This document shows, piece after piece, positions 9,532 to 18,464 of a stretch of 64,000 nucleotides of DNA (position 1 is the stretch's first letter; each line of letters opens with the position of its first letter). The stretch is taken from positions 186,001 to 250,000 of the IMG/VR virus record IMGVR_UViG_3300034073_005389; one strand, 5' to 3'. The notes under the pieces were generated by a model, which was not told where the DNA came from, did no database searches, and was given only the letters and a program-made list of their open reading frames with translations. The position numbers were made by a program, and so were the translations under genes.

Positions 9532-9936
9532 TTATTTTAAAAATAGGTTGTATTTTTCTGCAAAAATTTTTTTTAGCTGTTTGTGATTTGGCTTAATCAA
9601 GCCAACTGAATTACCAATTTTAACATTAGATTGTTCCATTGTTCCATATGGAAACTCTATTACTAAGTCACTAAAAGAATTGTCTCCGATAGTAGCAGTA
9701 CTATTAGGAACGCCTTTACAAATTTGTGTAATTTCTCCATTATTACAAAAAACTATGTCTAATGGGCTTGGTGTATTTTTCATCCAGAATTTATTAACTC
9801 TAGGAGATGCATAAACAAAAGACATAATTGGCGGAGGCCAAGGTTGACGCATAAGACCTTTAGCTTGTTCTTGATCAGAAATAGCTAATAAAGTAGGAAA
9901 TATGTACTCTGAAATATAAACATATCCAGTTTCCAT
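9532..9936 (-). CDS. DUF192 family protein
   Basis: QAKGLM R, FWMKNTPSPLDIVF, VIEFPYG, IKIGN pattern. Confidence 0.85.
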   Translation of the reverse strand: METGYVYISEYIFPTLLAISDQEQAKGLMRQPWPPPIMSFVYASPRVNKFWMKNTPSPLDIVFCNNGEITQICKGVPNSTATIGDNSFSDLVIEFPYGTMEQSNVKIGNSVGLIKPNHKQLKKIFAEKYNLFLK

Positions 9937-9938
9937 AA

Positions 9939-11402
9939 TTAATCCTTAGGTCTATATTGTCTAGTTATATGAGTTACTTTATCTCTAGTTTCTCTTTCTA
10001 ATATTCTTCTTCTTTCATCAGGAGAGGCTCCTGGATACAATATTTCATAATATTTACTTTTCATTTGCTTAATTTTATCGTCAATTAAAGCAAAATTACG
10101 AATTAATAAATCTGAATTAAATTCTTTTTCTAATGCATCCATGGATTCATCAATCAATGAATTGGCTTCATCGGATAATTGAATTAGCTCTACGCTAACA
10201 GCCACTCTTAAAGCTTCACTAGAATCTTCGGTGGTAAAGGTTGCTACTGATAATAAGTTATTAACTTTATTTTGATCGTCAAAAACATTATTTTCGTCTG
10301 GATTATTACTTAAATCCTCTTCGTCTTGTTGCTCTTCTTCTTTTGCTTTACTTTCTTCTACATTACGTTTAAGCCTCTCAAATGCATTAACTACGTTTTG
10401 AACTAAAACTTTGTCAGATTTATCATCAGCTTCACTAAATATGTTAATACTCTTAAGAAGTCTGTTATATAGTTTTCTTAATTCTAAGTTACTCAAACTA
10501 GGCGATAAAGCTCTAGCAAGATCGTCTATGTCATGGACAGTTTTTTTGTTTCTGTTTATAACAAGTTCTTTAACCTCATCAGGGGTGGGTTGATCGATAG
10601 GCGTAGATGAATCTTTGGAGGATGGTGCAGGGGCTGGCGTAGCGACTGGTGTAGCTGCTGGTGTAGCGGCAGGTTCTGTAGTAGGTGGTGGTTTTTCTTT
10701 TTCTTTTTTCTTATCTTGATCTGATTTAGGCTTTGCGGGCTCAGATTGTAAAGACTCTTTAATAGTTTCTAAAGAAACTCCTGAAGCAGCAGCAATTAAA
10801 TTAATTATTGAATTCCAATTTGACTCAATATTTAAAAATATTGATTTAGCATTTTTTACATCTTCTGTTGAAGGAGTGAATCTGTATAAATATCCTTTAC
10901 CTAATTTTCTTTCAAATTTCCTAATATCTCTATATAGTTGAAGCAAAGAATCTAATAAAGACATTCTATAGATGCGTTGCTTCCCGCCTTGCCCCCAACC
11001 AAAAGGACCAAAAGTAGGAGTAAGTAATTTAGTAAAAAATCTAGAAAAAATATTAGAAGCTTCAACAGTTAAAACTCCTTCATAATTTTCAATAGCTGCT
11101 GTTTTTTTCTTTTTTCTATTTTTAGAATAAGAGTCTTGCTCTTGTGTTATTTTTTCTGCTTTTTGAGCAATAGAGTTATACTTATTAGTTAAATTAGAAA
11201 TAATATCAACTGGATTACCAGGAATTGGTTCAATAATTTTAGATTTTTCTTGAAAAAAAACGCTAGGAGAGCCATTTATTAATTTTTTAAAATTAATAAC
11301 ATCATGAATTAATTCTGATACTTCTTTATTCCATTCTTGTTTATTCTGCCTTAGCTGTTCTTGAGCAGGATCAGAAGATGGTTTTCTAGCATATTTATTC
11401 AT
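9939..11402 (-). CDS. hypothetical protein with Pro/Ala/Thr linker and acidic tract (possible virion protein)
   Basis: 487-aa helical ORF; GAGG SD. Confidence 0.6.
   Translation of the reverse strand: MNKYARKPSSDPAQEQLRQNKQEWNKEVSELIHDVINFKKLINGSPSVFFQEKSKIIEPIPGNPVDIISNLTNKYNSIAQKAEKITQEQDSYSKNRKKKKTAAIENYEGVLTVEASNIFSRFFTKLLTPTFGPFGWGQGGKQRIYRMSLLDSLLQLYRDIRKFERKLGKGYLYRFTPSTEDVKNAKSIFLNIESNWNSIINLIAAASGVSLETIKESLQSEPAKPKSDQDKKKEKEKPPPTTEPAATPAATPVATPAPAPSSKDSSTPIDQPTPDEVKELVINRNKKTVHDIDDLARALSPSLSNLELRKLYNRLLKSINIFSEADDKSDKVLVQNVVNAFERLKRNVEESKAKEEEQQDEEDLSNNPDENNVFDDQNKVNNLLSVATFTTEDSSEALRVAVSVELIQLSDEANSLIDESMDALEKEFNSDLLIRNFALIDDKIKQMKSKYYEILYPGASPDERRRILERETRDKVTHITRQYRPKD
10636..10671. 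repeat. imperfect 12-bp tandem repeat x3 (coding AATP/VATP linker)
   Basis: ggcgtagcgact ggtgtagctgct ggtgtagcggca. Confidence 0.7.
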
Positions 11403-11429
11403 ACCTCAATAACATTTTATTGACTGATT

Positions 11430-12017
11430 TCAGATAATCTGGTCAATTAAACCATACTGCAAAGCTTGCTTAGCATCCATCCAAACATCTTGCTTACAAT
11501 CTTCTTTTAGTTTTTCTAGTGGATGACCTGTATGCTGAGCTAAAATTTTCATAATATTATCATTATTTTCTTTAATAAAATCATAATAATTTTTTGAATT
11601 TATAATATCTTGACCTGGTAAAGGAAATGCGAACTGAATACCATGAATCATGATTTTGGATGACTTCATAGCATATCTTTCTCCTTTTGCTCCGGCAGCC
11701 AAAATAACTGCACCGGCAGAATAAGCTTTACCGGCACATATTGTTTTAACTGGAGCTGAAATCATCTGCATTACATCATAAATATTAGCTAATCCAGCGG
11801 CATCTCCACCATTTGAATGTATATAAATGGTAATTGGTTCTTCATGATTTTCGTTATCATAATAAAGTAATAAGGCAGCTAGTTCGGCAGCACTTTGTTT
11901 AGTAACATCTTCAGATAAGAAGATCATTCTATCTTTAGTTAATCTAATATATGTTTCTGCATACCCGGCTAATGGATTTTTAGCGGCATCATGATCTTGT
12001 AAAGAATGTTTCTTCAT
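11430..12017 (-). CDS. clpP: Clp protease proteolytic subunit, triad intact
   Basis: IHSNGG, KAYSAG (Ser), KIMIHG (His), QDVWM (Asp), YGLIDQI. Confidence 0.92.
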   Translation of the reverse strand: MKKHSLQDHDAAKNPLAGYAETYIRLTKDRMIFLSEDVTKQSAAELAALLLYYDNENHEEPITIYIHSNGGDAAGLANIYDVMQMISAPVKTICAGKAYSAGAVILAAGAKGERYAMKSSKIMIHGIQFAFPLPGQDIINSKNYYDFIKENNDNIMKILAQHTGHPLEKLKEDCKQDVWMDAKQALQYGLIDQII

Positions 12018-12023
12018 AAACCC

Positions 12024-12608
12024 TCATTTAGAAATAGAAATAACTTTGTCAATCAAACCATACTTTACAGCTTGATTTGCGTTCATAAACACTGTTCTTT
12101 CAAAATCTTCCATTACTTGTTTAAGTGGTTTATTACAAGATTTAGAAAAAATCTCCATCATTCTTTTGTTATCTGACATAGATTGGTCTAATATTTTCTT
12201 AGCGTCTGTTAAATTAGAATTAGAATACCAATCGTGTACTAATTGTCCTGCTGAAATAACAGAATTTTTAGTAGCGAATCTCATTCCAGGAGTTCCGCCT
12301 GCCAGAATAATAGCAGCCTCATCCATGGCAGAGCCAATACAAACAGTTTCAATAGGCGATTCAATCATAGACATGATATCATAAATCATTAATGCGTTAC
12401 GAATATCACCTCCATCAGAATTAATAAATAATGTAATTTTTTTAGAACAATCCTCTGCATCTTTTAGCAGAAGAGTTGCAACAATATCTGTGGCTAAATT
12501 ATCAGTAATTTGATTACATAAAAATAAAATTCTATCATTGGCTAATTTTTGATATACGTCAATAGCAATATCACCATTTTCGGTGTTTTCAATAACTAAT
12601 GTATTCAA
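12024..12608 (-). CDS. catalytically inactive ClpP paralog (ClpR-like)
   Basis: ClpP fold (DRILFL, INSDGGD, YGLIDKVI) but Ser->Asp (SAMDEA), His->Gly (ISAGQ), Asp->Thr (ERTVFM). Confidence 0.88.
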   Translation of the reverse strand: MNTLVIENTENGDIAIDVYQKLANDRILFLCNQITDNLATDIVATLLLKDAEDCSKKITLFINSDGGDIRNALMIYDIMSMIESPIETVCIGSAMDEAAIILAGGTPGMRFATKNSVISAGQLVHDWYSNSNLTDAKKILDQSMSDNKRMMEIFSKSCNKPLKQVMEDFERTVFMNANQAVKYGLIDKVISISK

Positions 12609-12964
12609 GGAATTGACCTCTTTCTTTGTTTTTCTTCTTTTTCTCTAATTTCTGCACATACTACACAAGTAGTAAAATATGGATTAATTTCTAATCTTTT
12701 ATGAGGAATTTCCTCTTCACAATCTTCACAAAGACCATAATTACAGTTATCAATTTTAGCAAGAGCCTCTTCAATTTTATTAATTTTATTCTTTTTAAGA
12801 ATAAGAAGTTGAGTGGCTGTGCCCATTAACATATTGCCTTGAATTTCATCGGTCTCATCTCCATCAATATCTACGCCGATATCATTCATAATTTGAGAAT
12901 ACAATATGTCTTTTTGAGACAATAAATCTTCTTTGATTTTTAAAATAAATTGCTTATTTAACAT
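12605..12964 (-). CDS. dksA: DksA/TraR C4 zinc-finger protein
   Basis: Coiled coil with DETD tip; YGLCEDCEEEIPHKRLEINPYFTTCVVC. Confidence 0.9.
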   Translation of the reverse strand: MLNKQFILKIKEDLLSQKDILYSQIMNDIGVDIDGDETDEIQGNMLMGTATQLLILKKNKINKIEEALAKIDNCNYGLCEDCEEEIPHKRLEINPYFTTCVVCAEIREKEEKQRKRSIP

Positions 12965-13329
12965 TATTCAAACCTTAAATCTATAATAGGTACAATGGTT
13001 GTGTTTTTATTAGAATCTTTGCTACTATTTAAATTTTTTAAAAAAACTAAAAATGCATGATTTTCTGGGCTTTCAAGAAAAAATGCATTCACTTTCCAAT
13101 CCTGATAAATAGCTGGTTTAATAATTCCATTAAATTTTAAATTTACAGGAGTAGGAGGAGCATGTACTTTTTTTCTTAAAAAAGGACCTTCTATTTGAGA
13201 GGGTATTAATCCATATTTTTGTTTATACATAGATACTGCTTCTTTTTCTGAAAGAGCAGTTATTGATTCCATCAATAATTTTTCTTGTACAATAGCGGCA
13301 CAAACATAAAAAATAGGTTTTTTACTCAC
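12964..13329 (-). CDS. hypothetical protein
   Basis: 121-aa ORF coupled to neighbours. Confidence 0.55.
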   Translation of the reverse strand: MSKKPIFYVCAAIVQEKLLMESITALSEKEAVSMYKQKYGLIPSQIEGPFLRKKVHAPPTPVNLKFNGIIKPAIYQDWKVNAFFLESPENHAFLVFLKNLNSSKDSNKNTTIVPIIDLRFE

Positions 13330-13684
13330 TATCCTTACCTATATTATTTTTAATCATCTTGTCAATATCCAAGAAACTTATTAATTTCTTTTTGAATTTA
13401 TTGGCAACTTTAAAAAATATTTTTCTTTTACTTCTAGTAATAAGATGTTTGTTTCTAAATTTAATAAAATATTTTCTAGGAGCAGTTCTTTTTACTCCAA
13501 AAATTCCTAGATTAATAATCTTAAATTCTTTATCTTGCCTAATATCTTTAGATAATTCATCAAATAATATTGCTATTACACTAAAAACATGATGATGATT
13601 AATTTTTCTTTTAATTTTTTTATTTACATATTTATACAGCGCAACCCTATCAATTTTTTTGATCATACTTTTGTCCTTGACCAT
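13322..13684 (-). CDS. HU/IHF-like DNA-binding protein, divergent
   Basis: VIAILFDELSKDIRQDKEFKIINLGIFGVKRTAPR...FFKV..KFKKKL. Confidence 0.7.
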   Translation of the reverse strand: MVKDKSMIKKIDRVALYKYVNKKIKRKINHHHVFSVIAILFDELSKDIRQDKEFKIINLGIFGVKRTAPRKYFIKFRNKHLITRSKRKIFFKVANKFKKKLISFLDIDKMIKNNIGKDSE

Positions 13685-14004
13685 AAGATCCTGCCTTTAC
13701 CAAAAGAAGGATCTAAATATTTTTTATAATTTTCGTGAACAATTTTCCTATTTTCAAACCTAGAAACAATTCTTGTTTTAAAGAAAACTGAATTATTTAG
13801 CAACTCATCTGAGATGATATATTTTTTGTGTTTATTTATACATTTTTCACATAAACCATTAAATATATTATCAGAAGCAAATAAATTATGGGGAGAGTTT
13901 TTTTCTATATATTTGCCGCAAAAAGTAGAATACTTTTTATCAAAATTAAATTTTAAATTAACAATATGTGGAAAGTCATTATTATCTGTAATAAAGCAAA
14001 ACAT
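13663..14004 (-). CDS. hypothetical protein
   Basis: 113-aa ORF with H..TFCG..C..C. Confidence 0.5.
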   Translation of the reverse strand: MFCFITDNNDFPHIVNLKFNFDKKYSTFCGKYIEKNSPHNLFASDNIFNGLCEKCINKHKKYIISDELLNNSVFFKTRIVSRFENRKIVHENYKKYLDPSFGKGRILWSRTKV

Positions 14005-14490
14005 TTATACCTCTTGCAACAAGATTCTCTCAAAGTCTTGAAAGAACTCTCCTGGAGATAGGGTTTGATTATGACTATAAATCACTTTTTCATCAATTAA
14101 TTGCTTAATGCAAAAAATAACATCTTCTGTATTAATAGATTCAAATTGCAAAGAAGAAATACAAATACTTTCATTTTTTACTTTACTAAGTATTTTTTGA
14201 CAAATATGATGATTATTTATCTTAAATAAAGATAATGTTTTAGAAAAATCTTGAAAAGATTTATTTGATTTATCTAAGGAAGAAACTACTCCTAATAATT
14301 TACATCTAATTTTTTTTAGCTTTTCTACTTCTATAATTTTAGAATCTATTTCAGATATTTGATTTTTTGCAAAATCAACTATTTCATCTATAGAAAAAAT
14401 GTTATTTTTAACACAATCAGAAATAAATTGATTTAAAAAATCAACATCACTTTTTTTACCTTTAGTTTGATTCCTCATAATAATTGCCAT
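14005..14490 (-). CDS. hypothetical coiled-coil protein
   Basis: Track ORF 14005..14562 trimmed to a plausible ATG (14490 or 14478) to remove the long overlap. Confidence 0.55.
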   Translation of the reverse strand: MAIIMRNQTKGKKSDVDFLNQFISDCVKNNIFSIDEIVDFAKNQISEIDSKIIEVEKLKKIRCKLLGVVSSLDKSNKSFQDFSKTLSLFKINNHHICQKILSKVKNESICISSLQFESINTEDVIFCIKQLIDEKVIYSHNQTLSPGEFFQDFERILLQEV

Positions 14491-14995
14491 GATATTTAAT
14501 AAAACTAAGTAAATTAGCAAAATCTTGAGTATAATCCTTACATTTTTCCCAACTAAATCCAACTTGTTTTACATTTTCCATAGCAGCCAAAAAAGTAGCT
14601 TGTAAATAAATATTACAAGGCAACCACTTTTGGTTATCTACTGTTACAGCTACTAATGGTTGAGGATCAATTTCAAACTTAGAAGAATACTCTAAATAAA
14701 TTCCATATGCGGGATTATTTTGCATATGGACTAAGACAGCATAACCTAACACGCCATCTTCAGTAGAGCAATCAGCCGCCAAAATTTTTAAATATTCTCC
14801 TTCAATAAAAAATTGAGTTCCCCAAACTTTATTTTTTAAATTTGTATCTTCTATGTCAAAATTAACTGTTTCTGGTAAAAGATATTTTTTATTATTTAAA
14901 TTTTCAAATTTATTTAAATCTATATTTTGATTAGGAGATAACCCTAACCCAGAAAAAATATGATCAATAATTTCAATTGTTAATTTTTTATTCAT
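14462..14995 (-). CDS. hypothetical protein
   Basis: 177-aa ORF, ATGA overlap with upstream gene. Confidence 0.6.
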   Translation of the reverse strand: MNKKLTIEIIDHIFSGLGLSPNQNIDLNKFENLNNKKYLLPETVNFDIEDTNLKNKVWGTQFFIEGEYLKILAADCSTEDGVLGYAVLVHMQNNPAYGIYLEYSSKFEIDPQPLVAVTVDNQKWLPCNIYLQATFLAAMENVKQVGFSWEKCKDYTQDFANLLSFIKYHGNYYEESN

Positions 14996-15264
14996 CTAAA
15001 TTTTCCCAATCTAATATTAGACATTAAAGATCTAATATCTACAGGTTGTAGATTAATTTCTGGTAATTCTAATAATGATTTTTCAATATAAGATTCATAG
15101 TCAAAATTATCGCCATTTTCTCTTCTTTTACCCAATTCTTGCATACAAAGAGTCGCTAGCTCTTTATAAGAATTTAAATATCTATAGCAAACAATTATTT
15201 GACATAATTTTTCACTACTAAATGTAGGTATTTTATTTTTTGTTTCTTCTAATAAATCAATCAT
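14992..15264 (-). CDS. hypothetical protein
   Basis: 90-aa ORF, ATGA overlaps. Confidence 0.55.
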   Translation of the reverse strand: MIDLLEETKNKIPTFSSEKLCQIIVCYRYLNSYKELATLCMQELGKRRENGDNFDYESYIEKSLLELPEINLQPVDIRSLMSNIRLGKFR

Positions 15265-15605
15265 GCAGGAAGCCTCACTAGCCAGCTAGGAGAAGAAATA
15301 AATGGTCTGACACGGACATATTTTTTAGGTTTGGTAATTTTTATTCTTAAATTATTAAAAAGACCGGAAACCGTTACAATTTCTCCTCTGATTAAAAATT
15401 CTCTTATACTTTCAAATGTAGCGTTTATTATAACAGCTATTTCTGTTTTAGATACCAATGGATATCTGGCATGAATTCTTTCTATTAAATCTTCTCCTTT
15501 ATCAAACTTAATAGGATATTGTTTATTTATGGCAGAGATTACCTCATCGAATGTTGTGTTATTTAAGATAACAGAATAATTATTAAAATGTTTTATTCTT
15601 TCCAT
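15261..15605 (-). CDS. HU/IHF-like DNA-binding protein, second divergent copy
   Basis: LIERIHARYPLVSKTEIAVIINATFESIREFLIRGEIVTVSGLF matches the HU helices and first strand; arm shortened. Confidence 0.7.
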   Translation of the reverse strand: MERIKHFNNYSVILNNTTFDEVISAINKQYPIKFDKGEDLIERIHARYPLVSKTEIAVIINATFESIREFLIRGEIVTVSGLFNNLRIKITKPKKYVRVRPFISSPSWLVRLPA

Positions 15606-15700
15606 ATTGAAATTTTCCCTATAGTATAAAGCATACCTTCTCCTATAATATATATCCTCACATTTTGTCGAGAGATGATGTTTGGTGAAGGTTAGATATA

Positions 15701-16297
15701 TTGCCTCGTATGGGCTGCGTCAATTTTAATAAAATTAAAAAAGCTTTAATAATTGGTCCTATTTATGATCAATTAGATAAATTACAAAAAATTAAAAATA
15801 TGTCAGAAAATTATGATATTACTATAATTAATGGTAGCATTTGCCATATTTTAAATAATAATCAAAAAAATAGAATTGAAAATTTTGAAAAAATTTTAAA
15901 TAAAAAAATTTATTATTTAGCTAGTGACTTAGACTATGTGTCTATGATGGAAGATGATTTTATCAAAAACTGGCTGTTAGATAAACCAAATGTAGCAAAA
16001 ATAAAATTTAATTCCGGGGTACCAGTATTGATCATGTCAGGAGGCATACCGTCTCAATTAGGTCGCTTTGGCATAGAATCAAATTTAGAAATTTCTTTCG
16101 TCACGAACCAGGGCGAGGTAGCCTGGCACCACAAATACAACGGTATGGCTGGCTACGTAATTTCTAACAATCCCTTGTCAGATGCCCCTCCAGAGTTTTT
16201 TAACTATTCAGCTAGAATAGGAATTAATTACAATAAAAATAAAATTTATTGTCAAGAAATAGAAGAATATGGATTAAAAAATACTATTTTGTTATAG
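15701..16297 (+). CDS. degenerate calcineurin-like metallophosphoesterase (ApaH/PrpA-like fold, metal ligands lost)
   Basis: IGPIYD, INGSIC, LASDLD, MSGGIP, W...Y.G..GYVISNNP align by eye to GDIHG, GD, GNHE, HAG, GH motifs. Confidence 0.55.
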   Translation: MPRMGCVNFNKIKKALIIGPIYDQLDKLQKIKNMSENYDITIINGSICHILNNNQKNRIENFEKILNKKIYYLASDLDYVSMMEDDFIKNWLLDKPNVAKIKFNSGVPVLIMSGGIPSQLGRFGIESNLEISFVTNQGEVAWHHKYNGMAGYVISNNPLSDAPPEFFNYSARIGINYNKNKIYCQEIEEYGLKNTILL

Positions 16298-16341
16298 TAA
16301 TAATAATATATTTAGTAGTAAATATTTTTTAAGAGGTTTTT

Positions 16342-17043
16342 ATGGATAAATGTTGTAAGGCAGCCGCATTATATATTGCTTCATTAAAAGGATTATCTTT
16401 AATCCATCAACACAGTCATTGGACTGCTAGAGGCAGCTCTTTTTACGGAAAGCATTTGTTATTTGAAAGAATTTATGAGTCTGCTTTAGAAAATTTAGAT
16501 TTAGCAGCTGAAAAATTTATTGGCGTTTTTGGTCTAGAATGCATTGACTATGAAATGCAATCTGATTTTCTAAAAAAAGTTTTAGATAGGTTTTCTAAAT
16601 ATGAAGGCGAACCAATCGAAATGTCTTTAATGGTAGAAAAAGAATTTTTAGAATATTCTGAATATGCTTATAATTGCTTTGAAGAAGAAGATAAGCTAAC
16701 TTTAGGAATTGATGACATGATTATGTCAATCGCCAGCGAGCGCGAAGAAGCCGTTTATTTATTACAACAATCTTTAGAAGGAAAAATTTCCTTAGAAAAA
16801 GACGATGAAGAAGGTATCGAAGAAGAGGAAGAGGAGCAGGAAGAGGAGCAGGAAGAAGAGGAGGAAGAGGAAGAAGAGGAAGAGGAAGAAGAGGAGGAGG
16901 AATATCAGCCCTCTCCTATGGATGTAGGGATGTTAGATGAATTTGGGACTGACCTTGACCCTATTGACTTTGACCTAGATGATGATGATCTTAATGATGA
17001 TCTAGATTTAGATGAAGATGAAGATAATATCTTTAATTTTTAA
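16342..17043 (+). CDS. ferritin/Dps-like four-helix protein with long acidic C-terminal tail
   Basis: HQHSHWTARGSSFYGKHLLFERIYE...D..AE is the Dps-like pattern; tail is E/D-rich. Confidence 0.75.
   Translation: MDKCCKAAALYIASLKGLSLIHQHSHWTARGSSFYGKHLLFERIYESALENLDLAAEKFIGVFGLECIDYEMQSDFLKKVLDRFSKYEGEPIEMSLMVEKEFLEYSEYAYNCFEEEDKLTLGIDDMIMSIASEREEAVYLLQQSLEGKISLEKDDEEGIEEEEEEQEEEQEEEEEEEEEEEEEEEEEYQPSPMDVGMLDEFGTDLDPIDFDLDDDDLNDDLDLDEDEDNIFNF
16819..16902 (+). repeat. GAA/GAG low-complexity tract encoding a 28-residue Glu run with two Gln
   Basis: Purine-rich repeat directly visible. Confidence 0.9.
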
Positions 17044-17065
17044 AGAAAAATAGCTAATATAGTAA

Positions 17066-17100
17066 AAACCCCGCTATAAACAAGCGGGGTTTCTATTTTT
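17066..17100. terminator. bidirectional intrinsic terminator
   Basis: aaaccccgct-ataaaca-agcggggttt 10-bp stem with A/T tracts on both sides, between convergent genes. Confidence 0.85.
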
Positions 17101-17410
17101 TATATTTTTGAGAAAATTTGTCAATTTCTCTATATTGTAGAGCCATAGATAATGCTTCGTAAACATTAATATTATCTTTTAATGATAAATTAGTTAATGT
17201 TAAAAGTATTTCTCCAAAAGTTCTTACTTTAATTTTATTTTTTTCTTCTTCTGGTAATGTTTTATTACTCAACATTGAGTATAAATTTGTCTTTAAGTCT
17301 AGTTCTTGAATAATAGATTCAAGATGATCTTGAGAAGAAAACTCTTTATGAAAAGACTCGCATTTTTCCCATAAATCTTCAAAATGAAGAAATTTATTTT
17401 TCATAATCAA
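17093..17410 (-). CDS. MazG-like (all-alpha NTP pyrophosphohydrolase fold) protein, degenerate
   Basis: FGEILLTLTNLSLKDNINVYEAL resembles ExGDxLxxLxxLA..xIDLEEAL. Confidence 0.45.
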   Translation of the reverse strand: MIMKNKFLHFEDLWEKCESFHKEFSSQDHLESIIQELDLKTNLYSMLSNKTLPEEEKNKIKVRTFGEILLTLTNLSLKDNINVYEALSMALQYREIDKFSQKYKK

Positions 17411-17601
17411 TCATCCATATCTTTATTATCCATCACTGCAATTTGCAATTGTTCTTCTCCTTTGTCAGAGACGAAAACAAGAAAAACAGCTCCAGGATAA
17501 CAATCAATAAGCACAGGTGCTTTAATTTTACCAACATAAAAAGTTTGACCGTCTACATCTTTGCGAGCTTTTAAATCAATTACAATATTCTTATTAGACA
17601 T
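17407..17601 (-). CDS. hypothetical protein
   Basis: 64-aa beta-rich ORF, GGAG SD. Confidence 0.55.
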   Translation of the reverse strand: MSNKNIVIDLKARKDVDGQTFYVGKIKAPVLIDCYPGAVFLVFVSDKGEEQLQIAVMDNKDMDD

Positions 17602-17603
17602 AA

Positions 17604-18464
17604 TTAAAATCTCCGAATTCCAATATTATTAAAATAATTTGCCATACATTGTGTTAAAGCTTCTTGTGTTGGCGTCATCAAGAAACCTGTTTGTCTTAAT
17701 TTTAAACAATCTAAAATACAGTTTGACCTAGTAGCTTGAGTTAGCTCCGCTAGCTCGTCTTCTGAGATAATTTCAAATTGATGAAGCGGTATGTATTTCT
17801 GATACTCGTTCATAATCTCTACAGCTGTTAATGGTTCTGGATTAGTTACATGAAATATTCCAGTATAATTATTACTTATCAAGTGATCAATACATCTGAT
17901 TAAATCAGAAATAAATGTAACAGAATTTTTAATATCAATTATTTTAGAATAAGTTTTTAACTTATTAATTAAATTTCTAGGATGATTTTTTTCAGAAATA
18001 GGCATCCTAATACGAAGCGTAGTGACGTTTGGCAAATCTCCAATTAACAAATCACAAGCATATTTTGTTTTTGAATAAAATGATTTTGGATTAGCAGCAT
18101 CTCTTTCTCTCCATCCATAATCGTAAGAAACTTGTTGATTTAATACTGATTTATCAACACGAGGAGATGGTCCATAAAAAATGCAACCAGAGTTAATTTG
18201 AACTAAATGTATAGATTGTTTATTACACTCTTGTGCCAAAAGTGTTGGAATGGTGACATTACTAATTAATGTGGCTTCTTGATTGTTCTCGCACCAGTCA
18301 ATATTAGGTCTTCCTGTTTTGCCAATACAAGAAACAATTACATCGGGCTTATAAATATCAATAAAATTTTGTACAGATCTTGTATTTGGCTCTAAATACA
18401 CATTTGGTTTATCATAAGATAAATGTTCTGCAATAAAACCATTACCTAATACACAAATTTTCAT
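17604..18464 (-). CDS. NDP-4-keto-6-deoxyglucose 3,5-epimerase/4-reductase (NRS/ER, RmlD-like; NDP-L-rhamnose synthesis)
   Basis: LGNGFIA, GKTGRPNIDWCE, SGCIF, SFYSKTK (YxxxK), LRIRMPI, KNSVT. Confidence 0.85.
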   Translation of the reverse strand: MKICVLGNGFIAEHLSYDKPNVYLEPNTRSVQNFIDIYKPDVIVSCIGKTGRPNIDWCENNQEATLISNVTIPTLLAQECNKQSIHLVQINSGCIFYGPSPRVDKSVLNQQVSYDYGWRERDAANPKSFYSKTKYACDLLIGDLPNVTTLRIRMPISEKNHPRNLINKLKTYSKIIDIKNSVTFISDLIRCIDHLISNNYTGIFHVTNPEPLTAVEIMNEYQKYIPLHQFEIISEDELAELTQATRSNCILDCLKLRQTGFLMTPTQEALTQCMANYFNNIGIRRF

